Positions 1 through 11,941 of a stretch of DNA of 64,000 bases are shown here, in pieces. A model generated the notes under the pieces. That model saw only the letters and a program-made list of their open reading frames with translations. It was not told the DNA's origin and did not search any database. Source of the DNA: Azolla caroliniana (taxonomy: Eukaryota > Plantae > Polypodiophyta); contig JBHGNT010000001.1 in assembly GCA_043228905.1 (NCBI GenBank), positions 3,100,001-3,164,000 of the forward strand, given 5' to 3'. Position numbers and translations under genes: made by a program. Positions within the stretch are counted from its first letter, which is position 1. Each line of letters starts with the position of its first letter.

Positions 1-620
1 ACACACCAATGAGGCTCATGTAGAATGGCATATGAATGAGAATGCCAAGGATCGCATGCACATGAGCTCATACAATACATATTCCTTTTTCATCGTTTTG
101 GAAGCAGGAAAAATGCAGTCCTCTCTCACATAAGATCATAACAATTAACAAGTCAGTGAAAAATGAGGTAAAGGTAGACCTCAAAAGGTCCCAAGGAAGG
201 GAAAGTTATCTTAGATTTGGAAGATTTGGACACATTTATACCAATTTGGAAATAGGGATGCAAAAAATTCTGAGGGTTGAACTACCATGCAGGATAAAAG
301 ATTAATGTATACAAAGGAACAAGAAGAAATGCAAACCTGAAATCAAAAGTAAAGCAGAAAGAAATTAAAAAGAAAGGACGGCATGTGCATAATGGAAAGC
401 AGAAGGATATGAAGGACGGAAAACAAATCATGTCCGGGCACTTGATAATACTGCAGACAAATGTAGAGAAGAAAATGCATACATGGGATGCAGTGAAAAA
501 TACAGCCCAAGGAAGCAGAGGAGGAAGTCGACGAGAATGCACCTTGGTTGGAAGTACTTAAGAAAAAACAACGGAGAGAAAAGAAAGTTGGTGAGAATAC
601 ACCGTAGATTTGCCAAGGCC
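1..620 (+). mobile_element. Decayed LINE ORF1-like relic, probably inside an intron of the VTT gene
   Basis: Stop-interrupted translation gives EVKVDLKRS (~165-190), then YLRFGRFGHIYTN (~207-245, like a degenerate CxxCxxxGHxxxxC knuckle), then WLEVLKKKQRR. This order is typical of plant L1 ORF1. Confidence 0.35.
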
Positions 621-1469
621 AATACATCCCAACCACATTATCAATGATCATCCCATCGTAACATGTTATGGTGTTCTCTATTGTGAGGAGAGAGGAAGAT
701 ATCAGTGTCTCTCCAAAGAAAGACTGGGACTTTATGTACAGTAATGAAGTGCATTTGCCACAGACCAAGGACTTTCCCACTGACACAAAAGCATTCATAG
801 GACTGACCACAGATCCATTGCTCGTTGTCGGGTCTATCAAGACCCCAATGACTAAATATGTCTACTGCTCTTCGTGTTGGATACAAGAACAGCTCTTCAA
901 TTAGTAACTGTAGTTTTACATGGATCATGACTCAATTCACTTACATGGATGATAAGCTATTTTGCAACCATATTCATCATGGTGAAGCTAGTTTGCAAGT
1001 TTGCAACTATATCCTTCTTTGAGGTTTTCTTTGCAAATACCTTTACATTCTTGTCATGGTTAATGGGTAGTTAGACAGTTTCTGATCATTTCATTAATCT
1101 TTTTGTGGGTTTTCACCTCACATTGAGATTTGCAATGAATAATATAATCGTCATATAAAAAGCGCATGCATGAACTCATCTCGTCTGTCATACCAGGACC
1201 AGTAAATTCCAATTCTACTGAGAAGCGGCCAACCTATCTGTGCGTTTACCATCTGCATAGAGCATGGGCGGAATCAAAGTACAAGTGTCGCACAACTTTC
1301 AAATTAGCCTTGCAATGTTATTTGATTAGAACCATCTTGTTACTGTCATTCTGTGCTCCTTCCCCAAAAAGACAATTCCAACAGTATGAGCAGTTCTCCA
1401 ATCATGCTCATCCGTAGATCCATACTTTAATAGAACAAAACTATGCAACAATCAAAATATGTGGCTTAC

Positions 1470-1721
1470 CTTGTCTAACAAAAAGGGAAAGAGCCATACG
1501 GCCAGGACACCGATGACTGCTGCAGCGAGCATGCTCCATAGGAATACTTTGGCCCACCACCATACTCTCCTGGTGAGGGGATAATTGGGCAGAAGAATGG
1601 CCTCAAACTCTTCCAGATCCAAATCCTCAGGGGTGGCATGCTGCTGCAACCTTGAATAATTACTTGTATGTAGTTCAACCCCACTGTCATAGCTTACCAT
1701 GGACTCTGCTTCTTCTGACAT
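1470..1721 (-). CDS. First coding exon of a SNARE-associated Golgi / VTT-domain (TVP38/TMEM64-like) membrane protein; no downstream exon found in 1-1469, so the gene probably continues beyond the window start
   Basis: ATG at 1721. Reads ...RRVWWWAKVFLWSMLAAAVIGVLAVWLFPFLLDK, then a canonical AAG|GTAAG donor at 1470/1469. The W-rich TM segment ending in PFLxDK matches the N-terminal part of plant SNARE-associated Golgi proteins. Confidence 0.7.
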
Positions 1722-1938
1722 TACTTTCTATGGGTTCAGTCTACAGATACACTTCTTCAAGTTAAGACACATGTATGATCAGGAGGAGCACCCTCTCTGT
1801 GTGTCTGTCTGTCTGTCTGTCTGGACAAACACGGCTCGATCCACACGTGTGTGTGAGAGAGAAAGAGAGAGGCCCCGGGTCATGTAAGAACAAAGAACTT
1901 GCTTAGCTCACCTATAAAAAGGACACCCTTTCTTTGGA

Positions 1939-1970
1939 GCTCTCTCTCTCTCTCTCTCTCTGTTTCTCTT

Positions 1971-2005
<35 letters not shown>
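1939..2005. repeat. Compound (CT)n/(CTGT)n microsatellite
   Basis: Seen directly; lies upstream of the VTT gene. Confidence 0.9.
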
Positions 2006-2006
<1 letters not shown>

Positions 2007-4062
2007 ATGACTTGTGAAAATGGAGGTGGTGGTAGTAGACTGTAGGATATACATGCCAAGATGATGGTGGATCCTCTTACCATTCTTTTCCTCATTATCA
2101 TATCTTTCTTTGTTCTTTGCTTTACCCCTAGGAATCCCATATTTGTTGTTTTCTGCTCATCACCCATCCAGACTCCCCAGACACAAATAAGGCCTCCCGA
2201 TTGTGCATGTGGAGACCCTTCAGAGTCGGGATTGCCATACCTTCAAGCCACACAGTACAACCTCAAGGAGCACCTGATATATTGCCCCTTACAAAAGCTT
2301 GAATGACTAGCTTAGCTACTTGTTGATGTCCTCCTCGAACATCACCCGGCAATATATAGCAATGAAAAGACTACTATGTGATGAGGTACATCTAAGTCAT
2401 CCCTAGCCTAGAGGTGTAAGGGTCAAGTATAATAAAAACCTCTTGGATATGCCCACAATAAGTTAGCTATATTTGGGGCCCTCCAATAATAAAGATAAAG
2501 GTTCATGCATTGTATGTTAAGATGGAGTGAAAAGGTTGTATAAGTGAGACATAAATGTGAAAAACATTTGAGTCATAAAGTCTCCTACCAATCAAGTTGT
2601 AGGTGAGATATGGACTACTCTTCAACAAGTATTGGGCATTTAAGGTAATGTTCTCTTTAGTGATGAACACTAATACTAAAAGAAAGGGGAACAATAGACG
2701 CTCGTTCCTACTCATGTTGTGTACATTATAGTAGACAACAATTCGACCTTGGAAAACTACTTTGGAATAGAAGTATAGCTTGAACGTCCAACAAACAATA
2801 CATGTGTTAAGAGGAACCTTGCATACATCATTACACAAGTATGTTTTCTTGATAAAAAAAAGTGTTTCACTTTCTAACATAATATTGTTCAAGTTTCTAA
2901 ATAACTAGAATAAAGAATAACAATAATTTAAGCATCAATATTAGGGCACAAGCATGTGCATTATATACTGTTATTTTTTTACCCATCAAGATTATATTTC
3001 TCATCTCACACTTTGTTTCTCCTCTTTGTAGTAGACCTTATGCTTCTTACAATCCACAATCCTCATATGAAAGTAGCTAACATCCAGCATTCTTTTCTTA
3101 ATTCATTTTTACTAACTCCATTAACCCTAGTAGTTTGGATGATGGCATGTACATTCCTCACAAAAAGGTTAAATAATTTATATAACTAGCAATACTATTA
3201 AAGAGCATGCCAATTACAAAAGCAGTAATTGTTAGAAAACCATCATTAATCATTTGCATTATAATACCATACTATCCATTAATATCAGCACCTTAGAAAG
3301 TGTCCATCATCATAACTATGAATGCAAATATCATGGTGATTATCAATGTACAATGCGATAATAAGATACTTTAATGAATACTCCATTAAAGCCCATGTTC
3401 TATCACAAGCAAATCACATTGAGATGGGTATTGTTTTACATTGCTCCATATACAACAGTATCACAACACTATCATGTACATACAAAAACATAGGCCGCCA
3501 ACCTCATCTCAATCACGCCCATTTACATCCTTATGGAGTTATAGTAACCATCTCAAAAAGATGAGCTGCCACCACAACAGAATTATCATGAACTCTCGTC
3601 CAATAATATACAAATGTGGAAGTCTATTGGACATGCAATTCACATCAGAAAATTCATGACTTGGAAATACTGGTTACTGATGGAATTAAGAGACAGCTAC
3701 ATAGAGTACATAGTACAAGTGTGTCGATTTACCTGGAATTCCAAATGAAAAAATTTACAAAACCCATGTGAATACCAAGGCATGGGGCCGGTTTTTTAGT
3801 TTAATATAGAAAGTTAAAAGTTACCTCTTGAATTCCTTATAACTGAAATTCTAACACACAAACAAGAAAATAATTATATATACAATCCCAAGTCAAAGAC
3901 CATACATGACGCAGAGATGGACCTGTGAGAGTTGCATATGAAATGGGGAGGGGGGTTTTGGGGGGTAATGGAGGGGGGATTCTACCTCTTCAATATCCCA
4001 AGGGAGGAATAGAAAGAATAAGTAGATCACACATTCGTGAGTCACTTGTAAATATTTTATTA

Positions 4063-7000
4063 TCAAAAACCAGTAGGTGGATACTGTAAAGGTGACAAGT
4101 AATGTACAGCAGTTGCTGCAACAGATATAGCTGCTGATGTGGCAAGAATTTTTACACCACTCCGAGTTTTGACAGCCATCAATGCCCCAGTAACAGCCCC
4201 GGCAACCGTTGCATTTGCCTGCATTCATCATGAACAACACAATCGCAAAAAAGTTCACAACATGATTTTATCCTGGGATACATCAACAGTAACCCTCATA
4301 TTAGGGATACTTTTGATACTTACCCTCATTGAGCTCAAGAATATCACTCACTATACCCACATGGCCAAAAAGTAAAAGCGTTACACCTATCAATACTAAC
4401 CCTAGTATGAGGGGCATTATTAATGTCCAACTTTCAGTCCAACTTCCCTATCCCAATTCTAAAGCAACAATTAGCTAAATTCTACTTGAAAGAAGCATTC
4501 AGCTGATATACTAAGACCACTACTATAGTAACCCTAATATGAGGGGCATTACTAATGTTATCCATTTTAACTTTCAGTCCAAGTTCCCTTTCCCAATTCT
4601 AAAGCAACAATTAGCTAAATTCTACTTGAAAGAAGCATTCAGCTGATATACTAAGAAAGTCAACTCAATGTCTCTAACAAGGTACAAAAGGAGAACAGCA
4701 AGCTCAAGTCTGAGATCAATGAAATCAAACCTAGACTGACCTCCCTTGGAGGCAAGGACAAAAGTCTGAACAGTTCTATGCAGCCAACACAGCATACATT
4801 GAAAGAAACTGTAAAGATCCCCATCACACATCAAATAATGCAGAAAATTATATAATCAACAAAGAAAATATTTCTGTATCAACCTTGTGTTTTCGTTACT
4901 GTTTGCATGTGCTTAAGTGCATCCTGACGTGGATTGTACAATTGCCATGCTTAAAGTTTTTGGTTCCAAAATGCCTCCACGTCATTCAATGGATGCAAAT
5001 ATAACCTTATTGTCATGCAGAATGTTATGCGACTTGACAATTGTGAAGAACACTCACCCAATCTCTTTTTCTCCTCATTTTTTCCATGCCACAATTGAAC
5101 CCAAAGTAAGTTCCAGCACAACTGCCTGCAGCAACCAATAAAATATTGAATTAGATCCACGTTCAGACACCCCATCCTAAAATATATGCTCACCCATATC
5201 CACATTTCATGTATAAGATGTCTTTTAAAATGGAAATCTTTAGTTTGCCAATCAAAATAATTTGGAATCTGCAGTGCAGCAAAATTATATTTCTAGTTTC
5301 ATTTGAGTGTGTCAAAGATTTGGGTGGAAAGAGAACAATGCCCCCCTATAAGAAAAAGATACCCACCTTTGTGTTGACATAATAATAAGATCAAAACTCA
5401 GAAATATGTCTATATCTGCACATGTATGCGTGTATGTCTAATGATGGATGTAAGTAGCATATCATAATGAAAAGGTCGTATCAGTACAACTCTCTATGAG
5501 CTCAGCAACCAACTGCATCGCGTTATCTATCAAGTGGGCAACATGAAATTCCAGTGAATTAGGACAAGAGGTCCAATAGATATTTAGTGTGGGTATAGGA
5601 TATGAATCAAAAAAGCATTGGGAATCATAATTATTATGGGATCAGTTAGTGTAAGTCTCATTCATGATCTACTGCGTGAGTGTAATTAAGTGGGAAAAGA
5701 GAACTAATTTATGAATAGGTGAACCATCGATGTACTGTGTCCTTTACCCTTGTATAAAAACCCTTTTGTGTAGCATGAACAGGAAGAGAAGAGACAGGAT
5801 CTCATTAACTAAGCGTTAATGCAGTCTCTTGAGCCTTCTGCATTACTCGTCTCTGTAGGATCAAGTAATCTGGAGCTGCTTTATTTATAAGCTGTCTGTT
5901 TGAGCAATCTAGCCTCTCCACAATTATTCTGAGTGTAGCGCACAGGTCCCTCCTTGTGACAGTCAATTAATTAAGGTTTGAGTATTCTAATCAGCCTACA
6001 TGATTTCCCTTTTTTTGCTACCCCCTCAAACCCAGGTGGAGGTATTATCCCGATCATGACTTGTGCTGTGACTGAATGCTGGTCACTGAGACAGCCTGCC
6101 AACATAAACAAGCCCAGTATTCACTCTAGAGGAAGGTTCAGGTTCCAACTCCCTTCATCTTAAAGTATCGGAGTACTAAGTTCCAACACCTATTCGTGGT
6201 TGGAAGGTGGAGGTCTCAAGTCAATATCCTCCCTACATAAAACCCATGAAGATAATACAAGGTGCCATGGTCTGTTTCTCTTGAAATAGTTATACATTCT
6301 GTGAAAGAGAGTCTTTAACTAAAATTGGCGACGTTGAGAACTCTGCTTACACAATGTCATGAGGGAAAAAAGAATCAGCATAGTGAATAAGAATATGAGA
6401 TCTTTATCTTCTGCCAACACAGTTCTGGTACTCTTGGGTTCACTACAGAGTCAAAATTTCCAAAAAGTAACAACCAAGTTCTCTAGAACTCTTGGAGCAT
6501 GTTTGATGGCCTCCCCTCTCTAGTGAAGCTAGGGCAGAAAATATGTGCATCGACATAACCACAATTGCTTTCACCAAGAAAATCTTCCTCCGATGCTAGT
6601 GAAGATCACTAAAAAATTAAAAAGTAATGAGATTCCCATCTAGTCTCTATATACAAAGATGAACTTGCTCTCCCTTAGTCTTTTGAAATGTTGAAATACC
6701 ATAATTAACCGTATTAATGACAAAAGGACTAATAGGAGCTCATCTTCTATCACACAAGGAAGCAATAGCCGCTTCTATAGAAAGCTGCCCAATTTAGCTT
6801 TCCCAGCTTATTGAACCACCTGCCATATGAAAAAACGGTGAGGATTCCCTTTCCATTATCATGTTTTTCTAGGACCTGGGCTTGACAAGCGGCTGATCTC
6901 TGAGGATAGTACAAAAATAATATATTCAACTTGCTAGAGATTAAGTATGTCATCCCAGAACGTTGGGAGGAGACATGCAAGGAAACCCATTGTGGACAAG

Positions 7001-9431
7001 TAAATATCACCAAGAACTAAATCCAAGGAAAGATAAAAGGATTTTGGAAAGCTCTTTTGTCCGCTGCCCTAGAGGAGCCAATAGAAACACCCATTGATGT
7101 AAACTGTGGCTTCACCAACATGTCTGTGAGAAAACCACAGCTATTGCAATCATAGCAAAATGTAATGGGCAATACATATAATATCCCTATAGGAGTTGAG
7201 CTAGCTGCTCATAGTGCAAAATATCTAGTGTACCTGTTACTAACAAGGTCTAAAATACATAATGCATAATCCAGGGTCGATAACGGAGAGTACAAGGTTC
7301 GTATATACCAGAAAACATGATCAACACTCATAATTAATTCATGACCACACATACGAGGATTCGAGTAAGAACAATACTCTAGCTATTAAACCAGTAAAAT
7401 ACAATGAGAGTATGCATATATAAATTCAACCAGAAATCCTAAATGGGAAGTTCATCATCCAGCTGTAGAGATCATTACCCCAGAAAAAGCTGTTTCTGCC
7501 AACAGACTTTGCCTGCATTAAAGGAGATAATCATTCATTATCCTGTATTAGAGTTCACGTATAAAAACTGCCAATATTCAGTTTTTCCTTCTTCAACTTA
7601 CCACATACAAGGCTCGTGAGAATCCCTTATATCCTGGATAGGAAACAGATGTCACATCATGCACAAATGTTGCTTGCAATTTAAAAGAGCTATAAATAAG
7701 AGCCACAGCACTCACCTTCTTTCAGGGAATCATGTGATCCTGAAATGAGCCCCCAAGCTATACCTGCCTGTATCAACACTAAAAATGTTGGTTCAGAATG
7801 AAGGAAAGGTTCAATATCATATGGGGAGTTATTGCAAAGAACCATATAAAGTACAATGTACGTGCTTGCCAACTTCCTGTATATCACATATGCAGCAGAG
7901 CAATCACATTGTTGCTAACAACAGGCACCCTCAAATGTGTTTATAAGCATGAATTAGGGAGCTGTTATTTAATGCTTATATGTACAACCAAAGTATAGAC
8001 GTTCATGAAGGTAAAGATAAATAAAAAGGGTGCCGGTTGTTAGCAACAATAAAAGGGTATAGACATAAATATAGGAAAGTGAAAGCTACGTGACAAACAA
8101 ATATAATACAAAAAGAGAAAATTTGGAAAAGGTTGATTTTTTCAAAGGAGGGAGGGGAGAAAAAGTGAAGATTGAGCATTTGAAGCAACAGCAGAAAAAT
8201 CTTTTTCTGTTCAGCATGAGGAGAAAGTGAAAATTGAATATTGTATTTGCAGAAAATTTATTTGTTAAGAAAATTGTAAAGAACAAAAAGCTACCAGAAA
8301 AACAGAGCATAAACCATACTTATTGCCATGCCATTGAATTTTTCATCTCAGATTACGTAATTGTTGGTGGAACTATGTCCTTCGGCAATATATTTTCTTG
8401 TGAACAAGATTGAACCACTCTGGAAATTCTGTTGTCCAAGCAAGATGATAGCCATTGGGCAAGCCTCGAGCGAAAACATGCATTCTAATTTCTCATTTGA
8501 AAAGTGTAAAAAGAAATGGAAATGACACAATGCAAAATATTGGGCAATGGTTTTACTTTGAGTTCATAAGAAGACAAATTTCCAGGAGAAGAAGAAGGAA
8601 GGATAGTTTTGCTCCTGATTGTCGAATTTGGTATCACATACCTTGACTGCGATTCTCAACATATTGTTACTGATGTTTTAACACATCCATAACAGTATGA
8701 GACCCTTCAGTATCATATAGCTCCAAAAAGGCGTCCTTTACATAATTTCTGTGAAAACAAATATTTGTTCTTCTGGACATCAAGAATAAGAGGCTTTGTC
8801 AATATTTCCTGGCTTCATGACTGGAGAAACAGCCCAATCATTCAAATTACCTTCATTTTCAGAACTTCAATTACACATTAAGGTTTAACCCCTGACTCTC
8901 ACGTACTCCATGTTTGACAATAGAGTTTATACATTTTTGGCTACGTGGAAGAGGCCCCATTCCTTTATGCTTCCCTATAGTGTGCAATATCATGAGTTTT
9001 CTGAGGAGCACAACATACCTGTCTATGAGTGATGATCTAACAAATCTATTACTACACTAAACATTGTACACAGTCTTCCCATATATGTGAAAGAGAACCC
9101 CTTTTTCCCTAATCTTTTCCTATTGCGTCAACGTCAACAAGCACGGCACAGCACAAGCTGGGTGTGGCATCCGGCCATCTAATGCACCCACCAGTCCTTT
9201 ATGGTATCCCATTGTGTTTCATCATCATTGGGAGGTTTCGGATGTATATCATACCTAGTTCGACGCAGAGATAGTATGCATCTGGCAATACCCATCAACT
9301 GATGAGGAGAAGTTTTTTGTCGCATACCCATCAATTCAGACGAAGATTTTATTTTGACATATTATTTTGTATGGGTCTTATCACCATAGCCCAAGAAGTC
9401 AGGTGCGATGAGACTAGAATCGTTCTGTGAG

Positions 9432-9476
<45 letters not shown>

Positions 9477-9582
9477 GAGAGAAAATTAGAGACAGAAAAT
9501 ACACACTAACCGAAGCCATACGCAGGGCGCCATCGACCATACGAGCTGAACAGGGCGGCCCTTCTTCCAGTATCTCCCGCAT
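4063..9582 (-). CDS. OEP16-4: OEP16-4-like PRAT (Tim17/22/23) family protein, 6 exons: 9582-9511, 7767-7716, 7633-7602, 7512-7479, 5125-5058, 4218-4063 (~137 aa; alternative upstream in-frame ATG at 9603)
   Basis: Hand-spliced with GT-AG junctions and consistent phases: MREILEEGPPCSARMVDGALRMAS/AGIAWGLISGSHDSLKE/GYKGFSRALYV/AKSVGRNSFFW/GSCAGTYFGFNCGMEKMRRKRDW/ANATVAGAVTGALMAVKTRSGVKILATSAAISVAATAVHYLSPLQYPPTGF*. Contains the PRAT motif R-x-K-x-D-W-x-N-x3-AG-x2-TG and is collinear with OEP16-4 as I recall it. Confidence 0.88.
4398..4656. repeat. Tandem duplication, ~120-130 bp x2, in the last OEP16-4 intron
   Basis: aaccctaRtatgaggggcatt...cccaattctaaagcaacaattagctaaattctacttgaaagaagcattcagctgatatactaaga occurs at ~4398-4516 and ~4530-4656. 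Confidence 0.9.
9433..9472. repeat. (TG)n microsatellite in OEP16-4 intron 1
   Basis: Seen directly. Confidence 0.95.
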
Positions 9583-9739
9583 ACTAGTAGTAGAAGTACC
9601 CATGAGGATGAGGATGATGACAACTGAAACAACAAATCAAGGTCCGCAGGCTCTCGCTTTTTCCCCAAACTCGAATATATGCATATAACATTATTTGTAG
9701 GCGGATTTAAGTATGTACTCTAATGTTTCATGAAAGCTA

Positions 9740-9930
9740 GATCTTGGATTCACATCAACTAATCGATTCCATCTCATCCTCGTCTCGAAAACCTTTGATC
9801 GAATCTTTGGATCCATCTCAATCGTATCTTCGATTCACATGAACTAGTTGATTCCATCTCGTCATCGTCTTGAAAACCTTTGATTAGAAGAAAACCTCAG
9901 ACACTACATCTCCTAGTCGTCTCGAATCAT
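9740..9930. repeat. Degenerate tandem repeat upstream of OEP16-4
   Basis: gattcacatNaacta...gattccatctc(a/g)tc.tcgtct.gaaaacctttgat occurs twice (~9747-9800, ~9832-9885), with a partial third unit. Confidence 0.75.
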
Positions 9931-10445
9931 TGATCCCAAGATCATTTCGAAACACTACTCGCTTTTCTCTCTGCTATTGCTCGCCCCTTAAGAGTCATTT
10001 ATATCATCAGTTGACCTCAAAAAGAGACATTAAAAGAAGGGGCCATACAATTGCTTGTGACAATTCACCACGGACTTCTTCTCGGGAATTCATGGATGCT
10101 TCACAACATTTGGGGGTGTGTAAAGAACTCCTTGTGAAGATAGAAAGAAGTCGAGAATATTTCAAAGTTTTCTCCCACAAAGATTAATTTGAGAAATTTT
10201 GGCATGTTGTATCATTAGACTAGCCTCATCGTTGTTGGGGATGGCCTTGGGTGAAGTAGGCATTGTTTCCCAATGCAGGCTATTGCAATTAGTCACATGA
10301 CTTGTAAAGTCAAGGTCATTCCTTTTACCATCATTCTATGGTATTAAAAGACGAGCACGTTTTTCATACATGACTTAAATTAACAATACATAAAATTTAT
10401 TTGCCTTTTGGTAAGCTAAGAATATGTAATATGTGATCATCCAAT

Positions 10446-10446
10446 A

Positions 10447-10507
<61 letters not shown>
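10446..10507. repeat. (AT)n(AG)n compound microsatellite
   Basis: Seen directly. Confidence 0.95.
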
Positions 10508-10511
<4 letters not shown>

Positions 10512-11112
10512 AGTTATGAGGAGGCCAAATTTGACCGATGGCACCAAATCAACATATTATCTTGTATGTGACTTCTACTACTATTCTGAAGGGGGTCACT
10601 ACTACTCTGAAGTAAAACCTCTTTATGTGAAAATAATGCTCACAGTGGACATTTGAGATGCATTACATTATCACGCCCCTCTAACAAGTCATCATATGTC
10701 TCGCCAATATACCCTTGCATTGTTAGGCTTCCCTATGTATATTGTCGTACGATTATAAGGAGTCTTCATTGTATCCTTGAACTATACCATCAAACATGAG
10801 AAGTTCGACAAATACTTAACATGAACATACACAACTCGTAATTCATATATAAATTACTTGTACATAACTTTGCAAAACCACAACCTTCATCACTTTCAAC
10901 GATAAATTATGAAAGTGAGTTCTGGTCTTTATTCATATAAAAACATTAAGGTTTAGCTTATTGTATCTCATGACATCATGTGTCATTGCGTATCATTGTG
11001 TAGCTATAATAGTGTTCTCAATTTTTTGCAATTGGGTAGATCAACATCAAGTTTCTCAAAGAGAATTCAACTCCCGGATTAGTCAATGCCATGACCCATA
11101 TACCAATGCAAT

Positions 11113-11372
11113 AAATTGAGCACAAAATAGCAATGTTATGGTACATCTATAATGTGAATGTCATAAGGTTGTTGGTTCCTACAATGAGAACAACACGCCA
11201 TTAGTATATAAGTATGTGGGATATGGATCGAACGATGCCATTAAGCATATAACAAAAAAATAATTTGAGCACAAAATAACATTGTTCTACTACATCTATC
11301 ATGTGAATGTCATAAGGTTGTTTGGTTTTCTATGAGGAAAACATGCCAGATATCTTAGTATATAAGTATGTG
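11113..11372. repeat. Diverged direct duplication, ~110 bp x2
   Basis: ttgagcacaaaata...tacatctat.atgtgaatgtcataaggttgtt...ttagtatataagtatgtg at ~11113-11220 and ~11261-11372. Confidence 0.85.
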
Positions 11373-11941
11373 CAATATGTATCAGTGTAAATTCCTCTTC
11401 AACTAGAAGCCTCAAAATTATAAGGGTCAACACCCATTGAATCTTCAACAAAATACAAAACGGTATTGGCAACATCAAGGAGTTTGCGTACCTACACAAG
11501 GGATGCAAAGCCAAGAAGCAACCACTTTAGTTATACTCTTATTTCTAGTCTCCAAATGGAATGATTTATTAATCATCATAGCCTCACCCATTTTACAATC
11601 ATCAACTTATAATCAATCTTTTGCATTAACAGCGTAACCCAATTTTAGAAGGCACATCACAGCGTACACAACGTTGAAAGCTATTGCTTAGATTGTTTCG
11701 TTTCTTAAATTAACCTGAAGGTGAGCAAAGAGCCACCCAAAAAAAATGAAGTCTGCACTCGCACAGCAAAATGATCACCTTCACTGCTCTAGCTCAGAAA
11801 TAATTAAGCCATACTTATGCCCACATCAAAGCAATGTGATTCTTACAAGGCCAATACACAAAATCATGTCCGCAATAGATTAGAGCATGGCACAGTGCAT
11901 GTTATGTATATACTCATGGATCCTAAACCTTCAAATTCAAA

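Noticed and set aside
3893-4258. Cys-rich 121-aa ORF (CNGCRGCYW...CCSNCC) resembling a metallothionein or defensin
   Set aside because: It is an alternative frame of the Ala/Val/Gly-rich last exon of OEP16-4; the cysteines arise from GCN/GTN codons read out of frame.
9740-9930. Repeat-spacer-like pattern (also 28626-28922 and 39697-39857) as a possible CRISPR array
   Set aside because: Only 2-3 degenerate units, no unique equal-length spacers, no cas genes, and a eukaryotic intron-containing context.
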